This document shows positions 34,759 to 43,187 of a DNA stretch of 44,586 bases, piece after piece. Source of the stretch: Gemmatimonadales bacterium (lineage in GTDB: Bacteria > Gemmatimonadota > Gemmatimonadetes > Gemmatimonadales > GWC2-71-9); NCBI GenBank assembly GCA_035262265.1, contig DATFTG010000133.1:1-44586 (forward strand). The letters run 5' to 3'. A program made the position numbers and the translations under genes. The notes beneath the pieces were generated by a model. It saw nothing but the letters and a program-made list of their open reading frames with translations, had not been told where the DNA came from and ran no database searches. Position 1 is the first letter of the stretch. Every line of letters starts with the position of its first letter.

Positions 34759-35862
34759 TCACGAGGTGCTCTCCACCCCCCATTCGCGCATTTCGTGTGG
34801 GGTCCCTTCCCCGTCGATGAGGAACGTCAGGGAGCGGCGCCGCTTCACCACCTCCGACAGGGCGGCGAACACGGCGGGGTCGACCACCGAGCCGGAGAGC
34901 TCGCCCAAGCGGCGCACCGCCTGTTCCAGGGTGAGCTTCTCCTGATAGGGGCGTGAAGTGCTGAGGGCGTCCCACACCTCTGCGGCGCCGATGATGCGCG
35001 CGGCGACAGGGATCTCATCGCCGCGGCGTCCATCCGGATACCCGGTCCCGTCCCAGCGCTCGTGATGGCTGCGGACGACGTCGATGATGGGCCCGAGATG
35101 TTGCAGCGGACTGAGGATCTGCGACCCGATCACCACGTGCTGCTTGATGTGCTCGTACTCCTCCGGGGTCAGCGGACCGTGCTTGTTCTGCACGTCCTCC
35201 CGCGTTCCGATCTTGCCGATGTCGTGGAGCCGGCCCGCGAGTCGGATCTGCTCGATTTCATCGTCGGGCAGGCTCATCTCCGCGGCAATCGTTGCCGACA
35301 AATCCGCCACACGGGCGGAATGCCCCCGCAGGTAGGGATCCTTGGCCTCGAGGGCGTTGATCAACACTTCGAGCGTCGCCACGGAGACGCGCTCCAGCCG
35401 CGCCCGCTCGCGCTGGAATTCCTGGGTGCGGCGTTCGACTTCTTCCTTGATATGCTGATCGAGCTCGCGGCGGCCGATCATCATCTCCCGCCGCTTCAGG
35501 GCGCGCTGAATCGTTCGTCCCAGCTCCAGCAGCTCGACCGGCTTCGTGAGGTAATCGAGCGCGCCGCGCTGCATGCACAGCGCCGCGGTCGTCGCGTCGT
35601 TGACCGCCGTGAGCATCAGGATCGCGAGGTCGGGGGAAAGCTCGAGCGCCTGCGGGACGATATCCACTCCGCTCATCCCGGCCATCCGGATGTCGCACAG
35701 CATCAGGGCGACGTCGTCGTGGGCGCGGAGCTGCTCCAGCGCCTCCTCACCTGAGGACGCCGTATGGACCAGGAACTCCTGTTTGGTGAGATACCGTTTG
35801 AGGGCATTCCGAATGGGCTCCTCGTCGTCCACGACGAGGATGGGAACCGGAGCAGTGCTCAT
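34759..35862 (-). CDS. response regulator: receiver domain plus HD-GYP, copy 2
   Basis: Collinear with copy 1 along its whole length (ILVVDDEEP...CDIRMAGMSG...HSARVADLSATIAAE...LHDIGKIGTRE...HHERWDGTGYPDG). Confidence 0.9.
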   Translation of the reverse strand: MSTAPVPILVVDDEEPIRNALKRYLTKQEFLVHTASSGEEALEQLRAHDDVALMLCDIRMAGMSGVDIVPQALELSPDLAILMLTAVNDATTAALCMQRGALDYLTKPVELLELGRTIQRALKRREMMIGRRELDQHIKEEVERRTQEFQRERARLERVSVATLEVLINALEAKDPYLRGHSARVADLSATIAAEMSLPDDEIEQIRLAGRLHDIGKIGTREDVQNKHGPLTPEEYEHIKQHVVIGSQILSPLQHLGPIIDVVRSHHERWDGTGYPDGRRGDEIPVAARIIGAAEVWDALSTSRPYQEKLTLEQAVRRLGELSGSVVDPAVFAALSEVVKRRRSLTFLIDGEGTPHEMREWGVESTS

Positions 35863-35905
35863 GCCAGCCGTCCCTCCACCAGGCTCGGAAGATTCACTAT
35901 TCTAC

Positions 35906-35939
35906 GGTGTCACCGAAAGCAAAGTTAGTCGGTGACACC
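35906..35939. promoter_or_regulatory. 11-bp perfect inverted repeat GGTGTCACCGA-12 nt-TCGGTGACACC
   Basis: Read directly in the divergent gap between HD-GYP copy 2 and the hybrid kinase. Each arm contains a GGTGnCACC mini-palindrome. Confidence 0.35.
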
Positions 35940-36047
35940 CGACATGTCGCGCTGTCGCGTTCCCGCACCTGAGTGGCGCAAAAACGACCTAGGAGCGTGG
36001 ATCCACCGCCCCTACTTGAAGATCGGGGGTCTCCGGCAACGGATCGC

Positions 36048-38570
36048 ATGACGACATCCCTGCGGCGCATCGCGAACCTGGGACTGGGCTCCGTCCTCGG
36101 CCTGCTGCTCGTCTTCGGCAGCCTGTCGATCTGGGGGGTCACGGGCCGGGGCCCCCGGATCGAGATCCTCGCCGGCGTGCTCCTCGCCGCCGTCCTGCTC
36201 CTGATGACCCGCTGGCAGTTCACCCGCAACCTCGTCGAGCGCGACCGTGCGCAGGCTGAGGTCCAGCGCTCCCGCTCGTTCCTCGATTCGGTCATCGAGC
36301 AGATCCCGCACATGGTGTTCATCAAGGACGCCACCGACCTGCGGTTCGTGCGCATCAACCGGTCCGGTGAGGAGCTGCTCGGATACTCGCGCGCTGAGCT
36401 GATAGGAAAGAGCGATTTCGATTTCTTTCCGGAGAGCGAAGCGCGCTTCTTCGTGGAGAAGGACCGCGAGGTGCTGGCGCGCGGCACCGTCCTCGACATT
36501 CCCGAAGAGATCATCCACACGCGCCACAAGGGCGCCCGCATCCTGCACACCAAGAAGGTCCCGGTGCTCGACGCCGACGGGCGGCCGCAGTTTCTGCTCG
36601 GCGTTTCCGAGGACATCACCGAGCAGCGCCAGGCCGCGGACGCGCTGCGGGTCGCCGAAACCCGGCTGCAGCAGGTGCTCGCCTTCTCGAGCACCGTGAT
36701 CTACGCCCTCGACGTCCGGCCCGGGAAGCTGATCCCTACGTTCGTCAGTGACAACTTCTCCCGCATGACGGGTTATGACGCGGCGGACGCCCTCGATCCG
36801 ACCTGGGTCGCCGCCCGCTTCCACCCCGACGAGCGGGAGCGGCTGTTGGCGGAAACGCCGGCCTTGCTCGCCCAGGACCGGTTCACCCGCGAGTACCGGT
36901 TTCTGTTTCGCGACGGCAGCTACCACTGGATGCGGGATGAAGCCCGTGTACTGCGTAATGCCGTGGGGGGGCCGGTCCAGATCCTCGGCGCGTGGCTCGA
37001 CATCACCGATCGGGTGCGGGCGGAGGAAGAGCTGCGCCGGGCGCGGGCCGCGGCCGAGGCGGCCAACCGGGCGAAGTCAGAGTTCCTGGCCAAAATGAGC
37101 CACGAGCTGCGCACGCCGTTGAACTCGATCATCGGGTTTTCCGAGATGCTCGAGGACCAGACCTTCGGAATCCTGAACGAGAAGCAGCATCGCTACGTGG
37201 AGAACGTGCTGGCCTCGGGACGCCTGCTGCTGCAGGTCATCAACGACATCCTCGACCTCTCGAAGGTCGAAGCCGGCCGGATGGAGCTCGCCCTCGCGCA
37301 AATCGAGGTCGCGCCGGCGCTGGACGAGGTCCGAGCGCTCGTGGAATCACTCGCCCAGCGCAAACACCATACTATGGAAATGGACGTCGATCCCGGCCTC
37401 CCGTCGATCGTCGCCGATCCCGCGAAGTTCCGCCAGATCACCGTCAACCTGCTCAGCAACGCGATCAAGTTCACCCCCGACGGCGGCCGCATCCGGATCA
37501 CCGCGCGCCGCCCCCCCGGCGAGCCGATGATCGAGATCGCGGTGACCGACACCGGCATCGGCATCGCCGCGGAGGACACGCGGCGCATCTTTCAAGAGTT
37601 CGAGCAGCTCGACTCCGAGTATGTCCGCGAGCAGCAGGGCACGGGGCTGGGGCTGGCGCTCACCAAGAAGCTGGTCGAGCTGCACGGCGGCCGCATTCAA
37701 GTGGAAAGCGAGCTCGAGCGCGGCAGCACGTTCCGCTTCTATCTGCCGTTGCGCGCCCCGCCGAAGCCCCAGCCCCCCGAGCCGGCGGCCGCTCCCGAGC
37801 CGGACGTCGCGGTGGAGCGGGGGCCGCTCGTCCTCGTCGTCGAAGACGACGCGCGGGCAGGCGATCTGCTGGGTCACTTCCTCACCGAAGCGGGTTACCG
37901 CGTCGCGCATGCGTCGACCGGGTCGCAGGCCGTGGCCCTCGCCCGGACGCTGAAGCCGGACGCGATCACCCTCGACATTCTGCTCCCCGGCGAGGACGGC
38001 ATGGCGATCCTCGGCCAGCTCAAAGGCGCGCCCGCCACGAGCGCGATCCCGGTGGTCGTCGTGAGCATCACCGACCATCGCGAGCTGGGGCTCAGCTTGG
38101 GAGCGGTGGAGTGGCTCGTGAAGCCGGTGCAGCGTCACGACTTCGTCGCGGCCGTGCGGCGCTCGCTGGGCGCGGTTCCGGCGGGCCACACCCCGACGGT
38201 GCTCGTCGTCGACGATGAAGCGCCGACCGTCGAGCTGCTGACGGAAACCCTGACGCGCAACGGGTTGCGTGCCCTCTCGGCGACCGACGGTCGAACCGGC
38301 GTGGAGCTGGCGCTGGCGCACCTGCCCGACGTCATCGTGCTCGATCTCGTGATGCCCGGGATGACGGGATTCCAGGTGGTGCGGCAGCTGCGCGATCATC
38401 CGGCGGGTCGCAACATCCCCATCCTCGTCTTTACGGGCAAGGAGCTGACCGCCGAAGACCGGGCGCGCCTCCTGGACGGGGTCCAGGCGGTGGTTCGCAA
38501 GGACGGCGCGGCCGAGCTGCTGATGGAGCTGGCTCGGGTCTGCCCGGCGGCGAGGCAGCCGGCCGCTTGA
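36048..38570 (+). CDS. hybrid sensor histidine kinase (TM, two PAS, HisKA, HATPase_c, two receivers)
   Basis: H-box SHELRTPLNSI. N, G1 and G2 boxes (LLSNAIKFTP, DTGIGI, GTGLGLAL). Two receivers (VLVVEDD...LDILLPGEDG; VLVVDDE...LDLVMPGMTG). ATG 36048 precedes the TM segment. Confidence 0.9.
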   Translation: MTTSLRRIANLGLGSVLGLLLVFGSLSIWGVTGRGPRIEILAGVLLAAVLLLMTRWQFTRNLVERDRAQAEVQRSRSFLDSVIEQIPHMVFIKDATDLRFVRINRSGEELLGYSRAELIGKSDFDFFPESEARFFVEKDREVLARGTVLDIPEEIIHTRHKGARILHTKKVPVLDADGRPQFLLGVSEDITEQRQAADALRVAETRLQQVLAFSSTVIYALDVRPGKLIPTFVSDNFSRMTGYDAADALDPTWVAARFHPDERERLLAETPALLAQDRFTREYRFLFRDGSYHWMRDEARVLRNAVGGPVQILGAWLDITDRVRAEEELRRARAAAEAANRAKSEFLAKMSHELRTPLNSIIGFSEMLEDQTFGILNEKQHRYVENVLASGRLLLQVINDILDLSKVEAGRMELALAQIEVAPALDEVRALVESLAQRKHHTMEMDVDPGLPSIVADPAKFRQITVNLLSNAIKFTPDGGRIRITARRPPGEPMIEIAVTDTGIGIAAEDTRRIFQEFEQLDSEYVREQQGTGLGLALTKKLVELHGGRIQVESELERGSTFRFYLPLRAPPKPQPPEPAAAPEPDVAVERGPLVLVVEDDARAGDLLGHFLTEAGYRVAHASTGSQAVALARTLKPDAITLDILLPGEDGMAILGQLKGAPATSAIPVVVVSITDHRELGLSLGAVEWLVKPVQRHDFVAAVRRSLGAVPAGHTPTVLVVDDEAPTVELLTETLTRNGLRALSATDGRTGVELALAHLPDVIVLDLVMPGMTGFQVVRQLRDHPAGRNIPILVFTGKELTAEDRARLLDGVQAVVRKDGAAELLMELARVCPAARQPAA

Positions 38571-38734
38571 CGCGCACGCTCCGGAAACGAATCCTGATGG
38601 TGGAGGACTATGCCGTGAATCTGGAGCCGGCGACGGTACGGGGCGCCCAGGGATATGACGTGCTGCGGGCGCGGACGCCGGAGGAGGAAAGGACGATGGT
38701 GACGCGGCTGCTCGGGACCGGTAAGCGGACGTGA
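38567..38734 (+). pseudogene. truncated receiver-domain fragment (55 codons)
   Basis: Reading frame (L)TRTLRKRILMVEDYAVNLEPATVRGAQGYDVLRARTPEEE... matches only beta1-alpha1-beta2 of a receiver. TTGA overlap with the kinase stop and GTGA overlap with the next start. Confidence 0.35.
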
Positions 38735-39906
38735 CCGAACCTGCTCCGCTGCGGCGTCGCGAAGCGGTGATCGGCCGCGTGCTGGTCGTCGACGACCAGG
38801 ATCCCAACCGCCTGCTGCTGCGTGATCTGCTGGAAGCGCAGGGCCACGAAGTGATCGAGGCCGTCGACGGCTCGGAGGCGTTGCAGCAGGTGGCGACGAC
38901 ATCCCCGGACGTCGTGCTGCTGGACATCGGCATGCCCGGGATGGACGGTTTCGAAGTGTGCCGCCGCATCAAGGCCGAGCCGTCCACCGCTTCCATCCCG
39001 GTGTTGCTCGTGACGGCGCTGAGCCAGCGCGACCAGCGCCTGCTCGGCATCGGAGCGGGGGCCAACGACTACATCACGAAACCCATCGACAAGAGCGACC
39101 TCACGCTCCGCGTGCGCAACGCGGTGCGCATGCATCAGCTGTACGTCGAGGTGGAGCAGCAGTACCGGCGGCTGGAGCGGCTCGAGCTGCTGCGCGACAG
39201 TCTGGTGCACATGATCGTGCACGACTTGCGATCCCCGCTCGCCGGCATCCGCGCCTACCTCGATCTCCTCAAGCTCGACGGCGCCGGCCGGCTGGATCAC
39301 GATATGACCCAGTCGATCGACGAAGCGCGCAAGGTCGCGGTCGAAATGACCGAGATGGTCAGCGACCTGCTCGACGTGAGCCGCCTCGAGGCGGGGAAAA
39401 TGCCGCTCGAGCTGGCGCTCACGGATGTCGGGATCGTCGCGACCGACGCGGTGACGGGTATCGGCGCGGCGGCGCGGCGCGTGTCGCTGCAGCTCGAGCA
39501 GGGCCCCGAGCGGCTGCGGGCGATGATCGATCCGAGCGTGATCCGCCGCGTGATCGCCAACCTCGTCGGCAACGCCATCAAGTTCACCCCGGCCTCCGGC
39601 CGTATCCGCGTCGCGGTGCAGGGGAGCGACGGGGGGGTGCGCGTGTCGGTCAGCGACACCGGGCCCGGCATTCCGCCGGAGTTTCACGACAAGATCTTCG
39701 AGAAATTCGGGCAGGTCGAAGCGGCGCGGCAGGGCGCCAAACACTCGAGTGGCCTCGGGCTCACCTTCTGCAAGTTCGCCGTCGAAGCGCACGGGGGGTC
39801 GATCGGTGTGGAGAGCGTTGTGGGGCAGGGCAGCACGTTCTGGTTCGTCGTGCCGCTGCGGGGCCCTGCGCCCGCCGCCCCCTCTCCGGCGCCGTCCCCG
39901 GCGTGA
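38731..39906 (+). CDS. receiver-histidine kinase fusion (REC, HisKA, HATPase_c)
   Basis: VLVVDDQDPN...LDIGMPGMDG...ITKP receiver. H-box VHDLRSPLAGI. NAIKFTP, DTGPGI and GLGLTF boxes. Confidence 0.9.
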   Translation: MTEPAPLRRREAVIGRVLVVDDQDPNRLLLRDLLEAQGHEVIEAVDGSEALQQVATTSPDVVLLDIGMPGMDGFEVCRRIKAEPSTASIPVLLVTALSQRDQRLLGIGAGANDYITKPIDKSDLTLRVRNAVRMHQLYVEVEQQYRRLERLELLRDSLVHMIVHDLRSPLAGIRAYLDLLKLDGAGRLDHDMTQSIDEARKVAVEMTEMVSDLLDVSRLEAGKMPLELALTDVGIVATDAVTGIGAAARRVSLQLEQGPERLRAMIDPSVIRRVIANLVGNAIKFTPASGRIRVAVQGSDGGVRVSVSDTGPGIPPEFHDKIFEKFGQVEAARQGAKHSSGLGLTFCKFAVEAHGGSIGVESVVGQGSTFWFVVPLRGPAPAAPSPAPSPA

Positions 39907-40454
39907 ATGTCCTCATCGCGGAAGACGATGCCGTCGGCCGGCTGACGCTGCAGGCGATGCTCACCGGCGCCGGCTACCAGGTCACCGCAGCGAGCGACGG
40001 GCAGGAAGCGCTCGACGCCTGGCGGCTCACCGCGGCGCGGGTCGTGATCTCCGACTGGATGATGCCGGAGATGGACGGACTGGAGTTGTGCCGCCACATC
40101 CGCGAGGACCGCTCACCGCACTACACGTACTTCATTCTGCTGACCGGACGCGGCGGGAAGGAAAGTTTCCTCACTGCGATGGAGTCGGGGATCGACGATT
40201 TCATCACGAAGCCCGTCGATCCCGACGAGCTGAAGGCGCGGCTCGGCGTGGCGCAGCGCATTCTGGGGATGCGGCAGCGCATCGACGCGCTCGAGGGTCT
40301 GCTCCCGATCTGCAGCTACTGCAAGCGCATTCGCAACGAGACGGATCAGTGGAGTGAGCTGGAAGGGTACATCGAGACGCGATCGAAGGCCGAGTTCAGC
40401 CACGGCATCTGCCCCGACTGTTACCGCACGAAGGTGGAGCCCAACCTCACTTGA
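39903..40454 (+). CDS. response regulator: receiver plus a C-terminal Cys/His module of about 40 aa (PICSYCKRIR...FSHGICPDC)
   Basis: GTGA overlap with the upstream kinase. VLIAEDD...SDWMMPEMDG...ITKP receiver. C-x2-C...H-x2-C-x2-C tail at 40305-40424. Confidence 0.85.
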   Translation: MNVLIAEDDAVGRLTLQAMLTGAGYQVTAASDGQEALDAWRLTAARVVISDWMMPEMDGLELCRHIREDRSPHYTYFILLTGRGGKESFLTAMESGIDDFITKPVDPDELKARLGVAQRILGMRQRIDALEGLLPICSYCKRIRNETDQWSELEGYIETRSKAEFSHGICPDCYRTKVEPNLT

Positions 40455-41130
40455 CGGTGTGACTCACGGCAGCGCCGTGAAACGCATCCAGCAGGGTCGC
40501 GCGGTCGGCGTACTCGGGACGGCGGCGCGCCCGCTCGCTCGCCTCATTGGTGAGGAAGTGCTGATAGGCGTCGCGCGCCCCGCGCGCGTTCGACTGCGCT
40601 TCGAGCCCCCGGGCGCGCAGGATGTCGGCGAACAGGTGGGTCGGCACCTCGCGGCGGATCGTGTCCGCTTCGGCGAGGGCGCCGCCCGCGTCCCCTCCCG
40701 CGAGCTTCAGGAGGCCGACGTCGAAGTGCGCGTCGAGCGACAGCGCCGGCAGCTGCTGGTAGGCGCCGAGCGCCATGGGCAGGAAGAACTGCACGCTGTC
40801 GGCCTTCCCCGCTTCGTCGAGGCGCATTACGCGGTCGAAGAGGCGCTGCGCCCGCTCCTCGGGTGACATCTGGCTGATGTCGGGGGCGGCACTGCCCGCG
40901 CTCACGCTGCCGGCGAACGGCGCGGCCGACGTGCCCGGCGCGGCAGATTCCGCCGTTCCGCCGCTGCCGCGCATCGCCAGGACACCGATCAGCCCTCCCA
41001 CAGCCAGCCCGGCGATGCCCCATGGCAGGCCGACGCGCCATCCAGTCGCGGGAGCCGAGGTGCTGGCTCCGCACTTGTGGCAGTAGCGCGCACCGTCCGA
41101 CAGCGTCGCACCGCAGGCATGGCAGGTCAT
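40447..41130 (-). CDS. zinc-ribbon, single-TM protein with a helical C-terminal domain
   Basis: MTCHACGATLSDGARYCHKCG (C-x2-C-x11-C-x2-C), then the TM segment GLPWGIAGLAVGGLIGVLA. Start set at ATG 41130; the upstream part of the track ORF is not protein-like. Confidence 0.6.
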   Translation of the reverse strand: MTCHACGATLSDGARYCHKCGASTSAPATGWRVGLPWGIAGLAVGGLIGVLAMRGSGGTAESAAPGTSAAPFAGSVSAGSAAPDISQMSPEERAQRLFDRVMRLDEAGKADSVQFFLPMALGAYQQLPALSLDAHFDVGLLKLAGGDAGGALAEADTIRREVPTHLFADILRARGLEAQSNARGARDAYQHFLTNEASERARRRPEYADRATLLDAFHGAAVSHTVK

Positions 41131-41187
41131 GGTGCGCCAATCTAACTGCCTGGCAGGATACGACGAGACAGCGTAGCGTATTGCGAT

Positions 41188-41451
41188 ATGCCTGACGCGT
41201 TTCCCGGACAGGACCGCACCCGCCACATGGGTGAGTTGAAGCGCGGGCAAAGCCGCTGGAATGTGTACCTCGAGGTCCAACCGGACGCCGAGCTGGAGGC
41301 GGTGCGCGGCCGTATGCACTTCGTCGGCGACGGCCAGCACAAGACGACCGGATGGGTGTTTCTCGAGCGCCAGGAAAAGGACATTCTCGAGCGATTCGGT
41401 GAATTTTCGGCGGTAGAGCTGGTGCAGTTCGTCGAGGCGATCCCCGGCTGA
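41188..41451 (+). CDS. small hypothetical protein
   Basis: Balanced composition. No recognisable domain. Confidence 0.45.
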   Translation: MPDAFPGQDRTRHMGELKRGQSRWNVYLEVQPDAELEAVRGRMHFVGDGQHKTTGWVFLERQEKDILERFGEFSAVELVQFVEAIPG

Positions 41452-41470
41452 TTTCGCTGTCGCTCGATTT

Positions 41471-41485
41471 GTGCAAATGTTGCAC
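41471..41485. promoter_or_regulatory. perfect palindrome GTGCAA-atg-TTGCAC (enhancer or operator candidate)
   Basis: Read directly. 66 bp upstream of the sigma-54-like element. Confidence 0.35.
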
Positions 41486-41550
41486 GGTTTCGACTGCAAT
41501 CTGACGGTTTTCAACATCCTTCCAAGCTCATCCACGTTCTTTCTTGCAGT

Positions 41551-41566
41551 TGGCGCAGGTTTTGCT
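41551..41566 (+). promoter_or_regulatory. sigma-54 (-24/-12) type promoter candidate TGGCGCAGGTTTTGCT
   Basis: The GG and GC dinucleotides are spaced exactly as in the consensus TGGCAC-N5-TTGCW. About 150 nt upstream of the glnA ATG. Confidence 0.45.
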
Positions 41567-41716
41567 TGACGCCCATCGGGGTGCCCGGCTACCTTGCGCC
41601 ATGCCAGAACCAACGGCGACCGCATTGCGGAAGCCCGTCGCACCGAGCCCGGAGGCGGGCTTTCGTCGTTTTGACTACCCGTTCACGCCGACCGACAAGG
41701 AGAGAGGATCAGTCAC

Positions 41717-43180
41717 ATGACCGCGACGTTGGAACCGACGAGAGAGGCGAAGGGTTCGAGTAAGCCGTCGCCTGCCGAAGTGATCCGCCGCGCCCGCGAA
41801 GCCGGCGTGCAGGTGGTGGACGTGAAATTCTGCGATCTTCCGGGCACGTGGCAGCACTTTTCGCTGCCATTGAAGGAGCTGAACGAGGACGTCTTCAGCG
41901 AAGGGCTGGGCTTCGACGGGTCGTCGATCCGCGGCTTCCAGGCGATCAACGAGAGCGACATGCTGCTCTTCCCCGATCCCTCGAGCGCGTTCGTCGATCC
42001 GTGCCTGCAGGTCCCGACCCTCTCCCTGACGTGCGATATCGGCGATCCGATCACGGGGGAGCGCTACACGCGCGACCCGCGCTACGTCGCGCAGAAGGCG
42101 GAGCAGTACGTCGTCAAGAGCGCGATCGCGACCACCGCCTACTTCGGGCCGGAAGCCGAGTTCTACATCTTCAATTCGGCGCGCTTCGATCAGAACGCGC
42201 ATGAAGGCTACTACCACCTCGACTCCGTCGAGGGCATCTGGAATTCGGGGGCGAACGGCACCCCGAACCTGGGGCACCGGCCGCGGCACAAGGAGGGGTA
42301 CTTCCCCGTGCCGCCGGTGGACAAGCTGCAGGACCTGCGCTCGCGCATCATGCTGGCGCTGATCTCGGCTGGGATCGACGTCGAGGTGCATCACCACGAA
42401 GTGGGCACCGCGGGCCAGACGGAGATCGACATGCGTTTCACGACGCTGACGCGCATGGCCGACCAGGTGATGATGTACAAGTACATCGTCAAGAACGTGT
42501 GCGCGCAGTACGGCTACACGGCGACGTTCATGCCGAAGCCGATGTACGGCGATAACGGCTCCGGTATGCACGTGCACATGAGCCTGTGGAACGACAAGAC
42601 CAACCTGTTCTACGATCCCAAAGGCTACGCCCTGCTGTCCGATCCGGCGCGCTGGTACATCGGCGGGCTCATCAAGCACGCCGCGGCGCTGCTTGCCTTC
42701 GCGGCCCCGACGACCAATAGCTACCGCCGTCTGGTGCCGGGGTACGAAGCGCCGATCAACCTGATTTACTCGCAACGCAACCGCTCGGCGATCTGCCGCA
42801 TCCCGATGTATTCGAAGTCACCGAAGTCGAAGCGGATCGAGTTCCGTGCACCCGATCCGTCGAGCAATCCCTACCTCACCTTCGCCGCGCTGTTGATGGC
42901 GGGGCTGGACGGGTTGCGCAACAAGATCGAGCCGCCGAAGCCGATGGACGTGGACCTCTACGAGCTCGAGCCGGCGGAGCGGAAGCACGTCAAGAACACG
43001 CCGGGAAGCCTCGCCGAGTCGCTCGCGGCGCTCGAGGCCGACCATGCGTTCCTGCTGGAGGGCGGCGTGTTCACGCAGGATCTGATCGATACGTGGCTTG
43101 GCTACAAGCGGGCGAAGGAGATCGATCCGGTCGCCCTGCGGCCGCACCCGTACGAGTTTTTCCTGTATTACGACTGCTAA
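41717..43180 (+). CDS. glnA: glutamine synthetase, type I-beta (adenylylatable type)
   Basis: Collinear with E. coli GlnA (KPMYGDNGSGMHVHMSLW; RIEFRAPDPSSNPYLTFAALLMAGLDG). Contains the Tyr of the adenylylation loop (DVDLYELEPAE versus NLYDLPPEE). Confidence 0.95.
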   Translation: MTATLEPTREAKGSSKPSPAEVIRRAREAGVQVVDVKFCDLPGTWQHFSLPLKELNEDVFSEGLGFDGSSIRGFQAINESDMLLFPDPSSAFVDPCLQVPTLSLTCDIGDPITGERYTRDPRYVAQKAEQYVVKSAIATTAYFGPEAEFYIFNSARFDQNAHEGYYHLDSVEGIWNSGANGTPNLGHRPRHKEGYFPVPPVDKLQDLRSRIMLALISAGIDVEVHHHEVGTAGQTEIDMRFTTLTRMADQVMMYKYIVKNVCAQYGYTATFMPKPMYGDNGSGMHVHMSLWNDKTNLFYDPKGYALLSDPARWYIGGLIKHAAALLAFAAPTTNSYRRLVPGYEAPINLIYSQRNRSAICRIPMYSKSPKSKRIEFRAPDPSSNPYLTFAALLMAGLDGLRNKIEPPKPMDVDLYELEPAERKHVKNTPGSLAESLAALEADHAFLLEGGVFTQDLIDTWLGYKRAKEIDPVALRPHPYEFFLYYDC

Positions 43181-43187
43181 CGGCGGT

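Noticed and set aside
37347-39792. Long minus-strand ORFs (37347..39065, 572 aa; 38608..39792, 394 aa)
   Set aside because: Antisense shadows of the two histidine-kinase genes, whose plus-strand frames carry complete H, N and G boxes.
41675-42775. 366-aa minus-strand ORF
   Set aside because: Antisense shadow of the GSI-beta glnA gene.
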